Positions 23,862 to 32,833 of a DNA stretch of 64,000 nt are shown piece by piece. The DNA lies in the NCBI GenBank assembly GCA_037441845.1, contig JBBIRK010000008.1, positions 6,952-70,951 of the forward strand, read 5' to 3'. Origin of the DNA: Candidatus Zixiibacteriota bacterium (GTDB lineage: Bacteria; Zixibacteria; MSB-5A5; UBA10806; 4484-95). The notes under the pieces were generated by a model. The model was not told the DNA's origin. It saw only the letters and a list, made by a program, of their open reading frames with translations, and ran no database searches. The first letter of the stretch is position 1; each line of letters starts with the position of its first letter. The translations under genes were made by a program, and so were the position numbers.

Positions 23862-25022
23862 TTAGCTGTTGAATTTCCTGGTTCGCACTTTGCGGGTCGC
23901 TTGTTCTTCTCGGGGAAGCCATTTGGCGATCACGTCAACTATTCTTTGCGCCGCAAAGCCATCCCAGTATTTGGGCACGCCGCCGGTCTTGTATTTGTTC
24001 GCCAGAATCAGCTCGGCGGTGGCGGTTATCTTTTCGGCGAAAGGACCCACGATCGTGTTCGTGCCCTCGGTCACGGTCGCGGTCCATTCGGTATTCGTGC
24101 GCAAAGTCAAGCAGGGGATCCCGAATACGCTCGATTCGACCTGCATCGTCCCGGAATCGGTCATCGAAAACAGGGCTTCTTTCTCTATAGCCAGAAAATC
24201 GGGATAACGCGAAAGTTCCGCGACGATCAGTCTTTTATCCCGAAGATATCCCGACAGACCGAATTTGTCGATTTCCTCACGGACCCGGCGGTGGCAGACG
24301 AATACCACCGGTATTTTTTCCGATATCCTGTGGGCCGCCGAAATTATCCCCTTGTAATTATCGTAGCTGGTCGTATTCGCTCGGCGATGAATGCTCAGAA
24401 TAGCATACCCTTTGGGGATCAAGCCGAGTTTGTCGGCCAACGTCGATTTGGCGGCAAACGGCAAAAATTTTTTCAGTGAATCGACCATGATGTTGCCGAC
24501 GAAGAAAGTCGATTTCTCGTCTTTTCCCTCGGCCAATGTATTGCTGTGGGCGCCGCAATCGGTGACGAAAAAAAGGCTGCTGATTCCGTCGATAAGCTTG
24601 CGATTTATGTCGGTGTTGGAGGCGCAACCTGGACAGCGGAGGCCGGCTTCAATATGAGCCACCGGAATTCCTTTCCTGGCCGCCGATATCGCCGTTCCCA
24701 GCGCCGCATCGGAGCCTCCGATGACGATCACCAAATCCGGCGAAATTTCGTCGAAATAGCGGCTCGATTCGAGCATCACCGATCCGGTCGTTTCCGCCGG
24801 CGCACCGTTTTTAACGTTCAAAAACTGATGAGGTTTCGGCAGATTCAATTCTTCGTGTAAATAATACGTCTCGCTTTTGCCGAAAGGTTTTCCGGTGTAG
24901 AGCAGGATAGGCTCGAAAAAGTCGTAGTATCTGGAAAACTGATCGAACAGCGGCGACAACTTGATCATGTTTTTCGCCGAATTCGCCACGATTACGATTT
25001 TATTCAATCTGCCTTGATACAA
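23862..25022 (-). CDS. wecB: UDP-N-acetylglucosamine 2-epimerase (non-hydrolysing type)
   Basis: 386-aa ORF. LLYTGKPFG...LNLPKPHQFLNV, VIGGSDAALGTAISAARKGIPVAHIEAGLR and MTDSGTMQVESSVFGIPCLTLRTNTEW follow the WecB/MnaA pattern. It abuts the SDR gene with no gap. Confidence 0.85.
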   Translation of the reverse strand: MYQGRLNKIVIVANSAKNMIKLSPLFDQFSRYYDFFEPILLYTGKPFGKSETYYLHEELNLPKPHQFLNVKNGAPAETTGSVMLESSRYFDEISPDLVIVIGGSDAALGTAISAARKGIPVAHIEAGLRCPGCASNTDINRKLIDGISSLFFVTDCGAHSNTLAEGKDEKSTFFVGNIMVDSLKKFLPFAAKSTLADKLGLIPKGYAILSIHRRANTTSYDNYKGIISAAHRISEKIPVVFVCHRRVREEIDKFGLSGYLRDKRLIVAELSRYPDFLAIEKEALFSMTDSGTMQVESSVFGIPCLTLRTNTEWTATVTEGTNTIVGPFAEKITATAELILANKYKTGGVPKYWDGFAAQRIVDVIAKWLPREEQATRKVRTRKFNS

Positions 25023-25139
25023 TATCCTATCCCTCTAATGTTATGTCGGCTTAATAGCGCGATATTATAATATTCCATCGACCCCGCGCAAGTTCAATTA
25101 TAGGCCGTTTTATGCGCAAGAAAATGTTTTTCCGGATAG

Positions 25140-25994
25140 TCAATCGGCGGTCTTGGCCTGAGACAACAGCTTGGGGATTGTCGCAAAGTCGAATTCGGCA
25201 AGCAGTCGTTTCAACTTGAACTCGGCCACGGTCAGATTACCGTAATGCTTGACCGCCCGTATCGGGTCAATCAGCCTTCGCGGCAGATGCGGATCGAATT
25301 CCCAAAGCGGAAAACTCATTACCGCCGGGTCGCCCGGTCGCCCGGTCCGGCGAATACATCTTCGCAAATACCAGAGCGGGAAAAGCCTGATTCTGCCCTC
25401 GCTGCCGAATATCACGGGAACTCCGGCGAAGCGGCTTTGTGACGGCGGCAGGACCGCGATCGAACGGCCGCTTTCGAAAGTACATAACGTGATGCCGCTC
25501 GGAAAAGGGGCGGCCGGAACGAAATCGATCAGGCAATACTGAAACTCGGCATCGGCAAGTTTCCTCAGTATATTTCGCCAGGCGCGATTTCTACCCTTGA
25601 TCAGTATGCCTTCTACCTTGCGTCCGATAGCCGTCTCGAGCTCGTATTTCAATTCATCGATTTCCGCCGAACAGGAAAGAGCGCTCAGGTCATGGCAAAG
25701 TCCGATTTCATGCCCACGGGAATTCACCAGAGTCGCGACCTCAGGGAAAATTTTCAGCTGTCCCGAAGTAATGTAAAAATTGGCTTCGGCGCGGTATTCG
25801 TCAAGATGGTCGAGCAAATGAAGTATATTCGGGATAACTCGGGAACGCTGTCCCCCGCCTTCGATCGCCAGGCGATGGTCGTTTATTTCCACCGCAAGCA
25901 CGTGCGCCGGCGATCTCAGTTCGAATTTGAGCGATTTCGCCTCTAAAATGAGCGAATCCAAATCCAGTCCGGTCATCATTTCTTTTATCGCCAA
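25140..25994 (-). CDS. divergent polysaccharide-deacetylase-like protein (paralogue of 17782..18624, catalytic motif degenerate)
   Basis: 284-aa ORF. ANFYITSGQLKIFPEVATLVNSRGHEIGLCHD and FPLWEFDPHLPRR parallel ATFFFLG...AGHEIACHGWDH and LHPWEFDPDQPRI of the other deacetylase. The FDIEE motif is replaced by VEIND. Confidence 0.55.
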   Translation of the reverse strand: MAIKEMMTGLDLDSLILEAKSLKFELRSPAHVLAVEINDHRLAIEGGGQRSRVIPNILHLLDHLDEYRAEANFYITSGQLKIFPEVATLVNSRGHEIGLCHDLSALSCSAEIDELKYELETAIGRKVEGILIKGRNRAWRNILRKLADAEFQYCLIDFVPAAPFPSGITLCTFESGRSIAVLPPSQSRFAGVPVIFGSEGRIRLFPLWYLRRCIRRTGRPGDPAVMSFPLWEFDPHLPRRLIDPIRAVKHYGNLTVAEFKLKRLLAEFDFATIPKLLSQAKTAD

Positions 25995-26161
25995 ATCATT
26001 CGATAGAGTGAACGCTTCAAACGCCGATCGGGTTGCAATCTGCGTTTCCGCTTCAAGCGGATTTTTTCGTCATGTTTCCCAAACGCCCGCGATAATTTCG
26101 GTTCATCAATATATATAATTAATGATTTACAAAGTATCCAGCAGCCGTTATTTTCATCGCC

Positions 26162-27058
26162 ATGGGCGCCGAAAGAATATTGCTGATAGCGAACCCCAGA
26201 AGCGGGGGAGGGCGGTCGGTCGAGCTGTTGCCGCAAATAGAAACCATCATCAGGGAACTCGGTTTGGACCCTGAGATTCGCATAACCGCCGGCCCCGGCG
26301 AGGCGACCACCATGGCTCGCTTAGCCGCTGCCGCCGCCTATCGGAAGATAGTGGCGGTGGGTGGCGACGGCACGGTCAACGAGGTGGCTTCCGGAATAAT
26401 CGGCAGCGATTCGATCTTGGGGGTGATTCCGGCCGGCGTTGGAAACGGATTCCACCGTTCTTTGGGGGCGTCGGAAAACTTGGAAGAACAATGTCGAGTT
26501 TTGGCCGGCAATCGGGTGCGCAGACTGGATGCCGGCGCGCTGAACGGCAAAATGTTTTTCAACGGCCTGGGTCTGGGGTTCGATGCCTTGATCGCCCGAC
26601 ACAATGGTTCCCTGTCAGCCAAAAAGAGACGATCGAGCAAGGCACTGCTCTCCGCCATGAAAAACCTTAGGCCGTTTCAAGTCGATATCCGTTTCGATAA
26701 CTATCGACAAAGCGGGTCATTTTCGTCGTTGACCGTGAATATCGGGCATATCTCCGGCAACGGAATGTCGCTTGCGCCCTCGGCCAAACCCGACGACGGG
26801 AAGTTCGATATATGTGCGATCTCGAATGCCGGCTACTTCCATTTTTTGCGCTTGTTCTGGCATGCCAGGAGAAAAAGCAATGGCTTATTCAGGATGATCA
26901 AGCTGTTTCGCTGCCGAAAAATCGAAATCACCAGCGACCAGCCCTTGCCGATTCATATCGATGGGGAGCCGTTTGAAGACCGCAAGAATTTATCAATCAC
27001 CATTATCCCCGCAGCCTTGCCGGTGGCCGTGGACAAAGATGACAAGCACAACGGTTAA
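26162..27058 (+). CDS. diacylglycerol/lipid kinase family protein (YegS/DagK-like)
   Basis: 298-aa ORF. ILLIANPRSGGG, VAVGGDGTVNEV and GVIPAGVGNGF are the DAGK catalytic-domain motifs. Confidence 0.85.
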   Translation: MGAERILLIANPRSGGGRSVELLPQIETIIRELGLDPEIRITAGPGEATTMARLAAAAAYRKIVAVGGDGTVNEVASGIIGSDSILGVIPAGVGNGFHRSLGASENLEEQCRVLAGNRVRRLDAGALNGKMFFNGLGLGFDALIARHNGSLSAKKRRSSKALLSAMKNLRPFQVDIRFDNYRQSGSFSSLTVNIGHISGNGMSLAPSAKPDDGKFDICAISNAGYFHFLRLFWHARRKSNGLFRMIKLFRCRKIEITSDQPLPIHIDGEPFEDRKNLSITIIPAALPVAVDKDDKHNG

Positions 27059-27680
27059 ATCGATTTTGATTGTTTTCATCTTATTGCCGGCGGCGATCCC
27101 CTGTTTTTCCGCTCAGCGCCGGCCGATTCCGGACGCCGATCGGGTCGATTCGATATATTCCCTTTATGCCGAAATGGATCAAGCCGCAACCGGCGACACC
27201 GCGAGCAACGACAGTCGGTCGGCGCCGATTCCACGGCAAAACAAAAGGCCTGCCGAATCTTCACCCGCGACCACCAAAAAGCCCTGGCCGACCGGAGCCC
27301 TCATTCGATCGACGTTGCTCCCGGGTTGGGGTCAGCTATACAATCGTAAATACATAAAGGCGGCTTTCTATGGCGGACTGGAAATATATCTTTTGGTCGG
27401 CGTCAGAGAAAACTGGAAAAAGATGAACCGTCACCAAGAAAATTTCCTCAATACGGTCGATCCGACATATAAGAGTTCCGAATTCAATTTATATCAGGAA
27501 AGCCGCGACAAACGAAACGTATTTCTCTGGCTGGGGGCTCTGACCGTATTCGTATCGATGTTCGATGCCTATGTGGATGCCCATTTCGCCGATTTCGACA
27601 AGACCGACAAGGCGTTCGAGGTTCAGATTTTTCCCCGTGACGACTTGACCGTTTTCGCCCTGGCCTGCAAATTCAGATGA
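27039..27680 (+). CDS. secreted/membrane protein with DUF5683-like LLPGWGQLYN motif
   Basis: The track ORF 26961..27680 overlaps dagK by 98 nt. The internal ATG at 27039 gives MTSTTVKSILIVFILLPAAIPCFSA, a signal peptide. RSTLLPGWGQLYNRKYIKAAFYGGLEIYLL resembles the DUF5683 core (from recollection). Confidence 0.6.
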   Translation: MTSTTVKSILIVFILLPAAIPCFSAQRRPIPDADRVDSIYSLYAEMDQAATGDTASNDSRSAPIPRQNKRPAESSPATTKKPWPTGALIRSTLLPGWGQLYNRKYIKAAFYGGLEIYLLVGVRENWKKMNRHQENFLNTVDPTYKSSEFNLYQESRDKRNVFLWLGALTVFVSMFDAYVDAHFADFDKTDKAFEVQIFPRDDLTVFALACKFR

Positions 27681-28249
27681 TTCTCGGGATTTCAGGATCG
27701 GCGACTCCGGGCGGCTCGACCGATATCCTCGCCCGGGAAGTGATGCGAGGGTGTCGAGAAAAAGGGCGGAGGACTCGACTGGTCAGGCTGAATGAGCTCA
27801 AGATGATCCCCTGCCAGGCCTGCGGCAAATCGCCCGAACCGGAGCCGTGTTTTTTCCACGACGATGCGTTCGATTTGCTCCAGACCGTAATTAAGGCGGA
27901 CGCCGTGGTTCTGGCCTCTCCTGTATATTTCGATTCGGTCTCGGCGCAGATGAAAATTTTTATTGATCGCAGCAACTGCCTTAGGCCGGCCGATTTCTCG
28001 AAACCCGATTCCCAAGAATTCCTTGAGCCGATTACCCGCGGCAAGCCGGGAGGGATCATACTCGTCGCCGGCGCCCACGGACATTTCGAATCGTCGCTTA
28101 AAGTGATGCGGGCTTTCTTTATTTGGGCCGGAATGGAGATCAAATTCGAATTGAAATTCAGAACCAAATCTTTACGGCGAGGCGAAGCGGCTGCGGACAT
28201 GGGAATTCTTGCCGAGGCCTATAAATGCGGATTGCTGTTAGGAGAGTAG
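27677..28249 (+). CDS. flavodoxin-fold NAD(P)H-dependent FMN reductase / iron-sulfur flavoprotein-like
   Basis: 190-aa ORF. MILGISGSATPGGSTD, the Cys cluster PCQACGKSPEPEPCFF and ADAVVLASPVYFDSVSAQMK fit this family. The ATGA overlap with the upstream stop suggests coupling. Confidence 0.8.
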   Translation: MILGISGSATPGGSTDILAREVMRGCREKGRRTRLVRLNELKMIPCQACGKSPEPEPCFFHDDAFDLLQTVIKADAVVLASPVYFDSVSAQMKIFIDRSNCLRPADFSKPDSQEFLEPITRGKPGGIILVAGAHGHFESSLKVMRAFFIWAGMEIKFELKFRTKSLRRGEAAADMGILAEAYKCGLLLGE

Positions 28250-28275
28250 GTCGATGGCGAACAGCAAGAAGCATT

Positions 28276-29289
28276 TCAGCGATCGTTGACGCCGGCCCCC
28301 GTTATTTTCTTGATATGTTCCATTGCGGAGTCGAATTTCTTTGACAGTCGATCGGCGACCGCTTGGGAAACTTCATAGTCGAAAATCCGCCTGAAATACA
28401 CCAGCGCGCTATTGTTATCCTGCAATCGATAGTAAGCCATGCCGATATAGTAATCGCAGGTTATAAGGTTATAATTGTTTTGATTCCCTCGGCGCAACAA
28501 CCCTTCTCGGATAGCCGTGAAATCAACTATGGCCCGACGATAATCGCCCGCCCGGAATTCGGCGAACGCTTTCAACCAGAGATGCTGTCTGCCGGTGGCT
28601 CCATTTTCTTTCGCCTCCTCGGCCATTTTCAGGGCCGATCCGTAATCTTTTTTATGGAAATAAATCCACCCCAAAGCCAAGGCGGCGGTTGCCCGCCCAT
28701 AACGGGACCGGTGGGCCGCTTGATGCAATTCTTCTATCCCTTGTTTTCTTTGATCCGGTATAAGGGGCAGACTGCGAAGGAAACCGATTTTCGCCGAGCG
28801 CCAGTAATGCAGATTTCCCAGCCCGATTAAAGGATCGAAAAACAGCGAGTCGAGTTTGCGAGCGGCGGCCAAATACTTGCCCGCCCTCAGCCCTTTACTG
28901 ATCGATTTCAACCAGCCGCCGTGTTGTGCCTCCCAGATCGCATAATACCCGAGTGCAGTCCCCTTGAAAAAATTGGCATAGGCGTCGTTCGGCTCCCTTT
29001 CGAGGAAAGCATCCAGCCCGGCAAGCGAAGAGTCACTAAGTTGACGGAATAAATGTCGCGAATCGGTTTTTTCATCATCGGCCATCTCCATATATACGAC
29101 TCCAGCTTTCAACACCAGCGCCGGCCAGTAATCGGGCTGCATCATCAGCATTGTATCGAGAATCCGGATCGAGGCGGCGAAACTATCCTGATATAGGTAA
29201 TTCAACGATTCCCGAATCAGGCTATCCTGTTTATAAGTCGGCTCGAGACTTAAGGGATCGGCGAAAACGAAGGATGACAGCGACAGCAA
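28276..29289 (-). CDS. secreted TPR-like repeat protein (paralogue A)
   Basis: 337-aa ORF with a helical-repeat composition. It shares the core F(D)xxxGLGxxxYWRSxK...LPxxPDxRxxGIE with the adjacent gene. Confidence 0.7.
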   Translation of the reverse strand: MLSLSSFVFADPLSLEPTYKQDSLIRESLNYLYQDSFAASIRILDTMLMMQPDYWPALVLKAGVVYMEMADDEKTDSRHLFRQLSDSSLAGLDAFLEREPNDAYANFFKGTALGYYAIWEAQHGGWLKSISKGLRAGKYLAAARKLDSLFFDPLIGLGNLHYWRSAKIGFLRSLPLIPDQRKQGIEELHQAAHRSRYGRATAALALGWIYFHKKDYGSALKMAEEAKENGATGRQHLWLKAFAEFRAGDYRRAIVDFTAIREGLLRRGNQNNYNLITCDYYIGMAYYRLQDNNSALVYFRRIFDYEVSQAVADRLSKKFDSAMEHIKKITGAGVNDR

Positions 29290-29305
29290 GAAAACAAGAA
29301 CGGCT

Positions 29306-30364
29306 TTATTTCTTATGCGATGCCTCCAGGGCCTTTTTATAATATTCGCGCGAATTCTTGACCGCCTCCTCGACGTCCTTCCTATCTTTCAACTTCACAG
29401 CCAACTCATCTGCTTCTTTCAAATAGGCCAAAGCTTCTTCATATCGACCCCACCGGTAATAAAAGACACCGATATTATAATAGACATCAAGTTTTCCGGC
29501 TTCATCGTAGTAGGGCGATTTTTCATATACCTCGAGAATCTTCTCGAATGATTCTACGGCTTCGGGAAAGCTGTCGAGGTTGGCCTGCGCCCGACCCACG
29601 TAGTAGAGCGCGAAAGGATCGTCGGGATTTATAACTTTCAGGTAATTATGCCATAAATACATGATATTCTTATAGTCCCTCTCGTTATCGTAAACCCTCA
29701 ACAACGCATACTTGGCCTCGTTTTTGACGAATTTCCCTTTCTCGATCGCTAAGAAGACTTTTTCTATACCAGATCGCCTCTTATCGGGGAAAAAGGGGAG
29801 CCAAGACAGAATGTTCGTCTTGACCGATCGCCAGTAGTCGTACATGCCAAGACCGTAGTAGATATCAAAATTGGTGGAATCCATTTTAAGAGCCCGACTC
29901 AACACACCTCGTCCTTTCAAACCGTCCTTGAATGCGCCGACCCAATCGCCGTAATATGATTTGTAAATTCCTCGGAAACCGAGCGAACCGCCGTAAAAAA
30001 ACAGATCCTCGGCCGTGGCTTTGCCGCTTTTATCGAGCTTTTCTCCGATTTCGACTGCTCGATTTATGAAGGTTTCGAATCGATCGGTGTAATTCAGATT
30101 TCGGTAGTCGCCCGCCAGATTCGAGTAGACGCCTGCTTTGAAAAAATAGCCGACCGGTTTTTCCGGATCGAGGGCGATCACCGAATCGAAAAGCACCAAG
30201 GCTTCTTCGAACTTTTCTTTATGAACCAGGCTGATTCCTTTCAGCAATATCGAATCATTGACCGAAGGGGATGCGGGGGCGGCCGAAAGCAGAGTGGCGA
30301 TAAACGCAAGAAGCATGCCATAATTACGTATCATAAAATCAGCTATATTTAGACGCCGTTTCAC
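29306..30364 (-). CDS. secreted TPR-like repeat protein (paralogue B)
   Basis: 352-aa ORF with a signal peptide (MLLAFIATLLSAAPASP). NFDIYYGLGMYDYWRSVKTNILSWLPFFPDKRRSGIEKV is followed by TPR-like repeats (YYNIGVFYYRWGRYEEALAYLKEA). Confidence 0.7.
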   Translation of the reverse strand: MKRRLNIADFMIRNYGMLLAFIATLLSAAPASPSVNDSILLKGISLVHKEKFEEALVLFDSVIALDPEKPVGYFFKAGVYSNLAGDYRNLNYTDRFETFINRAVEIGEKLDKSGKATAEDLFFYGGSLGFRGIYKSYYGDWVGAFKDGLKGRGVLSRALKMDSTNFDIYYGLGMYDYWRSVKTNILSWLPFFPDKRRSGIEKVFLAIEKGKFVKNEAKYALLRVYDNERDYKNIMYLWHNYLKVINPDDPFALYYVGRAQANLDSFPEAVESFEKILEVYEKSPYYDEAGKLDVYYNIGVFYYRWGRYEEALAYLKEADELAVKLKDRKDVEEAVKNSREYYKKALEASHKK

Positions 30365-30482
30365 CGAAAATCAAGAATTTTCAGACCAACAAATCAAAAT
30401 TAAATATCCGCCGACATTTGACGAAATAAATTTTAGGTATTCGACGCGGACTTCTTAGCGGACTATTGAGCGCGGAGGAGAT

Positions 30483-31811
30483 ATGCCAAGTATCATCATA
30501 GTTGATGACGATAAGGCTTTGCGGAAAAATCTCGCCTTTTATCTCAGAAGTCAGGGCTATGATGTTGATACGGCCGAAAGCGGCGAAGAAGCGGTCGTCA
30601 AGATAGAAGAAAAGTTGTTCGATGTTATAGTCACCGATTGCCGAATGGCCAAGATGTCGGGGATGGAATTGATTAAAATCGCCAAGAAATCGCGGCCGTC
30701 GGCTGAAATCATCGTGATAACCGGCTATGGCACTATCCCTATGGCAGTCGAGGCGATACAAAGCGGAGCGGCGGAATTTCTCTGCAAGCCGTTCGAATTT
30801 CCCAAACTGCTGAACGCCATCGAGCTGGTTCTGAAAAAGAGAGAAAAGCTGGTAGTCGAAAGCAACGACAAATACGACCGCATCATTACCAAGTCCCAAA
30901 AAATGAGCGACGTGCTCGATTTGGTGGCCAAAGGAGCCGCAACCTCGGTGCCGGTGCATATCGAGGGAGAGGTCGGAACCGGCAAGGAATTGATTGCGCG
31001 GTCGATCCACGCCCGCTCCGATCGCCATGGCGCCAATTTCGTGACCGTGGTATGCGCCACCAACAACGAACAGGAACTTGTCGCCGAGCTGTTCGGATCG
31101 GTCAACGATGCGGGGGAGTACGTCCCGGGAGCAATAGCCATGGCCGACGGCGGGACCCTCTTTTTGAAGGACGTCGACTCGCTCAGCCAGAGCCTGCAGG
31201 TTCGTCTGCTGAAGTTTCTGCAGGACGGCTTCATGACTTTCGGCGACAAGTATCAAAAGGTGAAGTCCGACGTCAGGTTGATATGTTCCAGCACAAAAAG
31301 TCTTAAAAGGCTGGTGGCGTCGGGGCACTTCCGCGAAGACTTGTTTTATTCGATCAACATAATGCCTATTTACGTGCCGCCCTTGCGCAATCGCATTTCC
31401 GATATTTTCCCTCTGGTGAATCATTTCCTGGAAAAGTATTCGGCAAAATTCAATAAGGATATCAAGGCTCTGTCACCCGACGTCCTTTCGTGGATGCAGA
31501 CCTATCAATGGCCGGGCAACGTGGCCGAGCTGGAAAATATCATCTCGCGTGCGGCTTCGTTGGCGACATCCGAGTACATCGACGAATCGTTGATATTTAC
31601 GCTTCCGAAAGACCGTCCGATCTCCGAGGAAGCCCCCGGATTCTTGAACCTTACGCTTAAGGACAACCAGAAATCGCTCATTCTTAAGGCGCTCAAACAA
31701 AACAACGGGAATTACTCGAGAACCGCCCAGCAGCTCGGGATCTCCCGAACTACTCTCTGGCGGCGCATGAAACGATTCAATATCGAGGAAATTCACCAGG
31801 CTGAAGCTTGA
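30483..31811 (+). CDS. NtrC-family response regulator (REC + AAA+ + Fis-type HTH) with degenerate GAFTGA and Walker B
   Basis: 442-aa ORF. The REC domain reads IIIVDDD...VIVTDCRMAKMSG. Walker A is GEVGTGKELIARSIH, the arginine-finger region is FREDLFYSINIMPIYVPPLRNR, and the HTH is NYSRTAQQLGISRTTLWRRMKR. AELFGSVNDAGEYVPGA replaces E(S)ELFGHEKGAFTGA, and LFLKDV replaces LFLDEI. Confidence 0.9.
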   Translation: MPSIIIVDDDKALRKNLAFYLRSQGYDVDTAESGEEAVVKIEEKLFDVIVTDCRMAKMSGMELIKIAKKSRPSAEIIVITGYGTIPMAVEAIQSGAAEFLCKPFEFPKLLNAIELVLKKREKLVVESNDKYDRIITKSQKMSDVLDLVAKGAATSVPVHIEGEVGTGKELIARSIHARSDRHGANFVTVVCATNNEQELVAELFGSVNDAGEYVPGAIAMADGGTLFLKDVDSLSQSLQVRLLKFLQDGFMTFGDKYQKVKSDVRLICSSTKSLKRLVASGHFREDLFYSINIMPIYVPPLRNRISDIFPLVNHFLEKYSAKFNKDIKALSPDVLSWMQTYQWPGNVAELENIISRAASLATSEYIDESLIFTLPKDRPISEEAPGFLNLTLKDNQKSLILKALKQNNGNYSRTAQQLGISRTTLWRRMKRFNIEEIHQAEA

Positions 31812-32019
31812 GCGGCTGACCGATCCAATTCGACGATAATCCTGACGCCCGCATTGAAAAGGGCCGTGATCCAATCTGGTCAATCCTGTCCTTTATTAGA
31901 TTTTTTCTTGAAATCTTTTTAGGCTGCGATTATAATGGGGAAGTTTTCGACTTCTTTGAGACGTCTGCGGTTGATTTTAGGAGGGAGTTCGCGAAATTCG
32001 CAGCTGGATTGCGCTGTTT

Positions 32020-32721
32020 GTGGTATTAACGCTTGGGATCGGCCAGGCAATCGCAGAAAATAACCGGACAACGTCGTTACGGACAATTCCCTCGGGCGCG
32101 GAAACGCCCGGACGCATAAACATCGGATATGCCCTCGGCGATTCAGGGGAATTGCCCAGCCCCGCCTTAACAGGCGAAGTAATTCTTGCCTGGACGGCAT
32201 CGGGCGACGACAGCCTTACAGGAACCGCCTACGGTTACGATGTAAGATTTCGCAGCGACAGCCTCGGACCGATTCTGACGCTCGCCAATTTCATTATGTC
32301 GCGCCAGGTGCTCGGCGAACCGCCGCCGTCTCCGCCGGGAACCCGCGATTCCATGATCGTCACCGGACTGGTTCCGGGCGCCGGGTATTATTTCTGCATG
32401 GTGGTTTTCGATGAAAATTATAACGTCTCCCGCCTATCGAGCTCACCACACGTCGTCGCCGGAGCCTCGGATTTTTTGCCTGGCGACGCGAACGGCGACG
32501 GTTTTATTCGGGGCAGCGACGTCTTATACTTGTTAGCCTATTTTCGGGACATTAATCCTCCGCCGCAGCCGTATTATGCGGGCGATGCCAACGGCGATTG
32601 CATCGTTGGGCCGGCTGATTTAACCTATTTGACCAACTACCTTAAAGGTTTCGGGGCGGCGCCGGTGAGCGGCGAATGCCCACCTCTTCTGCTGGGAAAG
32701 ATTGGCGAATCTTCCCCTTGA
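32020..32721 (+). CDS. secreted Fn3-like protein ending in a divergent dockerin-like module
   Basis: 233-aa ORF from a GTG start. LAWTASGDDSLTGTAYGYDVRFR is Fn3-like, as in 15913..17748. The C-terminus reads GDANGDGFIRGSDVLYLLAYF...GDANGDCIVGPADLTYLTNYLKG...ECPP. The in-frame stretch upstream back to the stop at 31978 (RSWIALFVVLTLGIGQAIA) would complete a signal peptide. Confidence 0.7.
   Translation: MVLTLGIGQAIAENNRTTSLRTIPSGAETPGRINIGYALGDSGELPSPALTGEVILAWTASGDDSLTGTAYGYDVRFRSDSLGPILTLANFIMSRQVLGEPPPSPPGTRDSMIVTGLVPGAGYYFCMVVFDENYNVSRLSSSPHVVAGASDFLPGDANGDGFIRGSDVLYLLAYFRDINPPPQPYYAGDANGDCIVGPADLTYLTNYLKGFGAAPVSGECPPLLLGKIGESSP
32473..32718 (+). other. dockerin-like C-terminal module, divergent copy 4
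   Basis: FLPGDANGDGFIRGSDVLYLLAYFRDINPPPQPYYAGDANGDCIVGPADLTYLTNYLKGFGAAPVSGECPPLLL. It keeps the two Ca-loop repeats, a Cys in loop 2, and a terminal Cys-Pro-Pro. Confidence 0.6.
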
Positions 32722-32833
32722 CCGATAACGAACGCTTGTCCTTCCGCCGAGACGAACGCGGGAACTTTTCTCTTGCCCACCTTAATATAATCTGTCTATA
32801 CTGAATCGGATTTTAGACAAAAGAAGGTAACAA

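Noticed and set aside
26048-26068. Hairpin plus T-run (CCGCTTcAAGCGG ATTTTTT) in the deacetylase-like/dagK divergent region
   Set aside because: The effective stem is only 4 bp once a sterically possible loop is allowed. No plus-strand gene lies upstream for it to terminate.
26961-27038. N-terminal extension of ORF 26961..27680 overlapping the lipid-kinase gene by 98 nt
   Set aside because: The extension (MGSRLKTARIYQSPLSPQPCRWPWTK) has no signal-peptide character and overlaps a motif-bearing CDS. The ATG at 27039 yields a proper signal peptide.
30381-31424. 347-aa minus-strand ORF overlapping the NtrC-like regulator
   Set aside because: It is antisense to a gene with unambiguous REC, AAA+ and HTH motifs. 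No recognisable domain is present, and the ORF begins inside the divergent promoter region.
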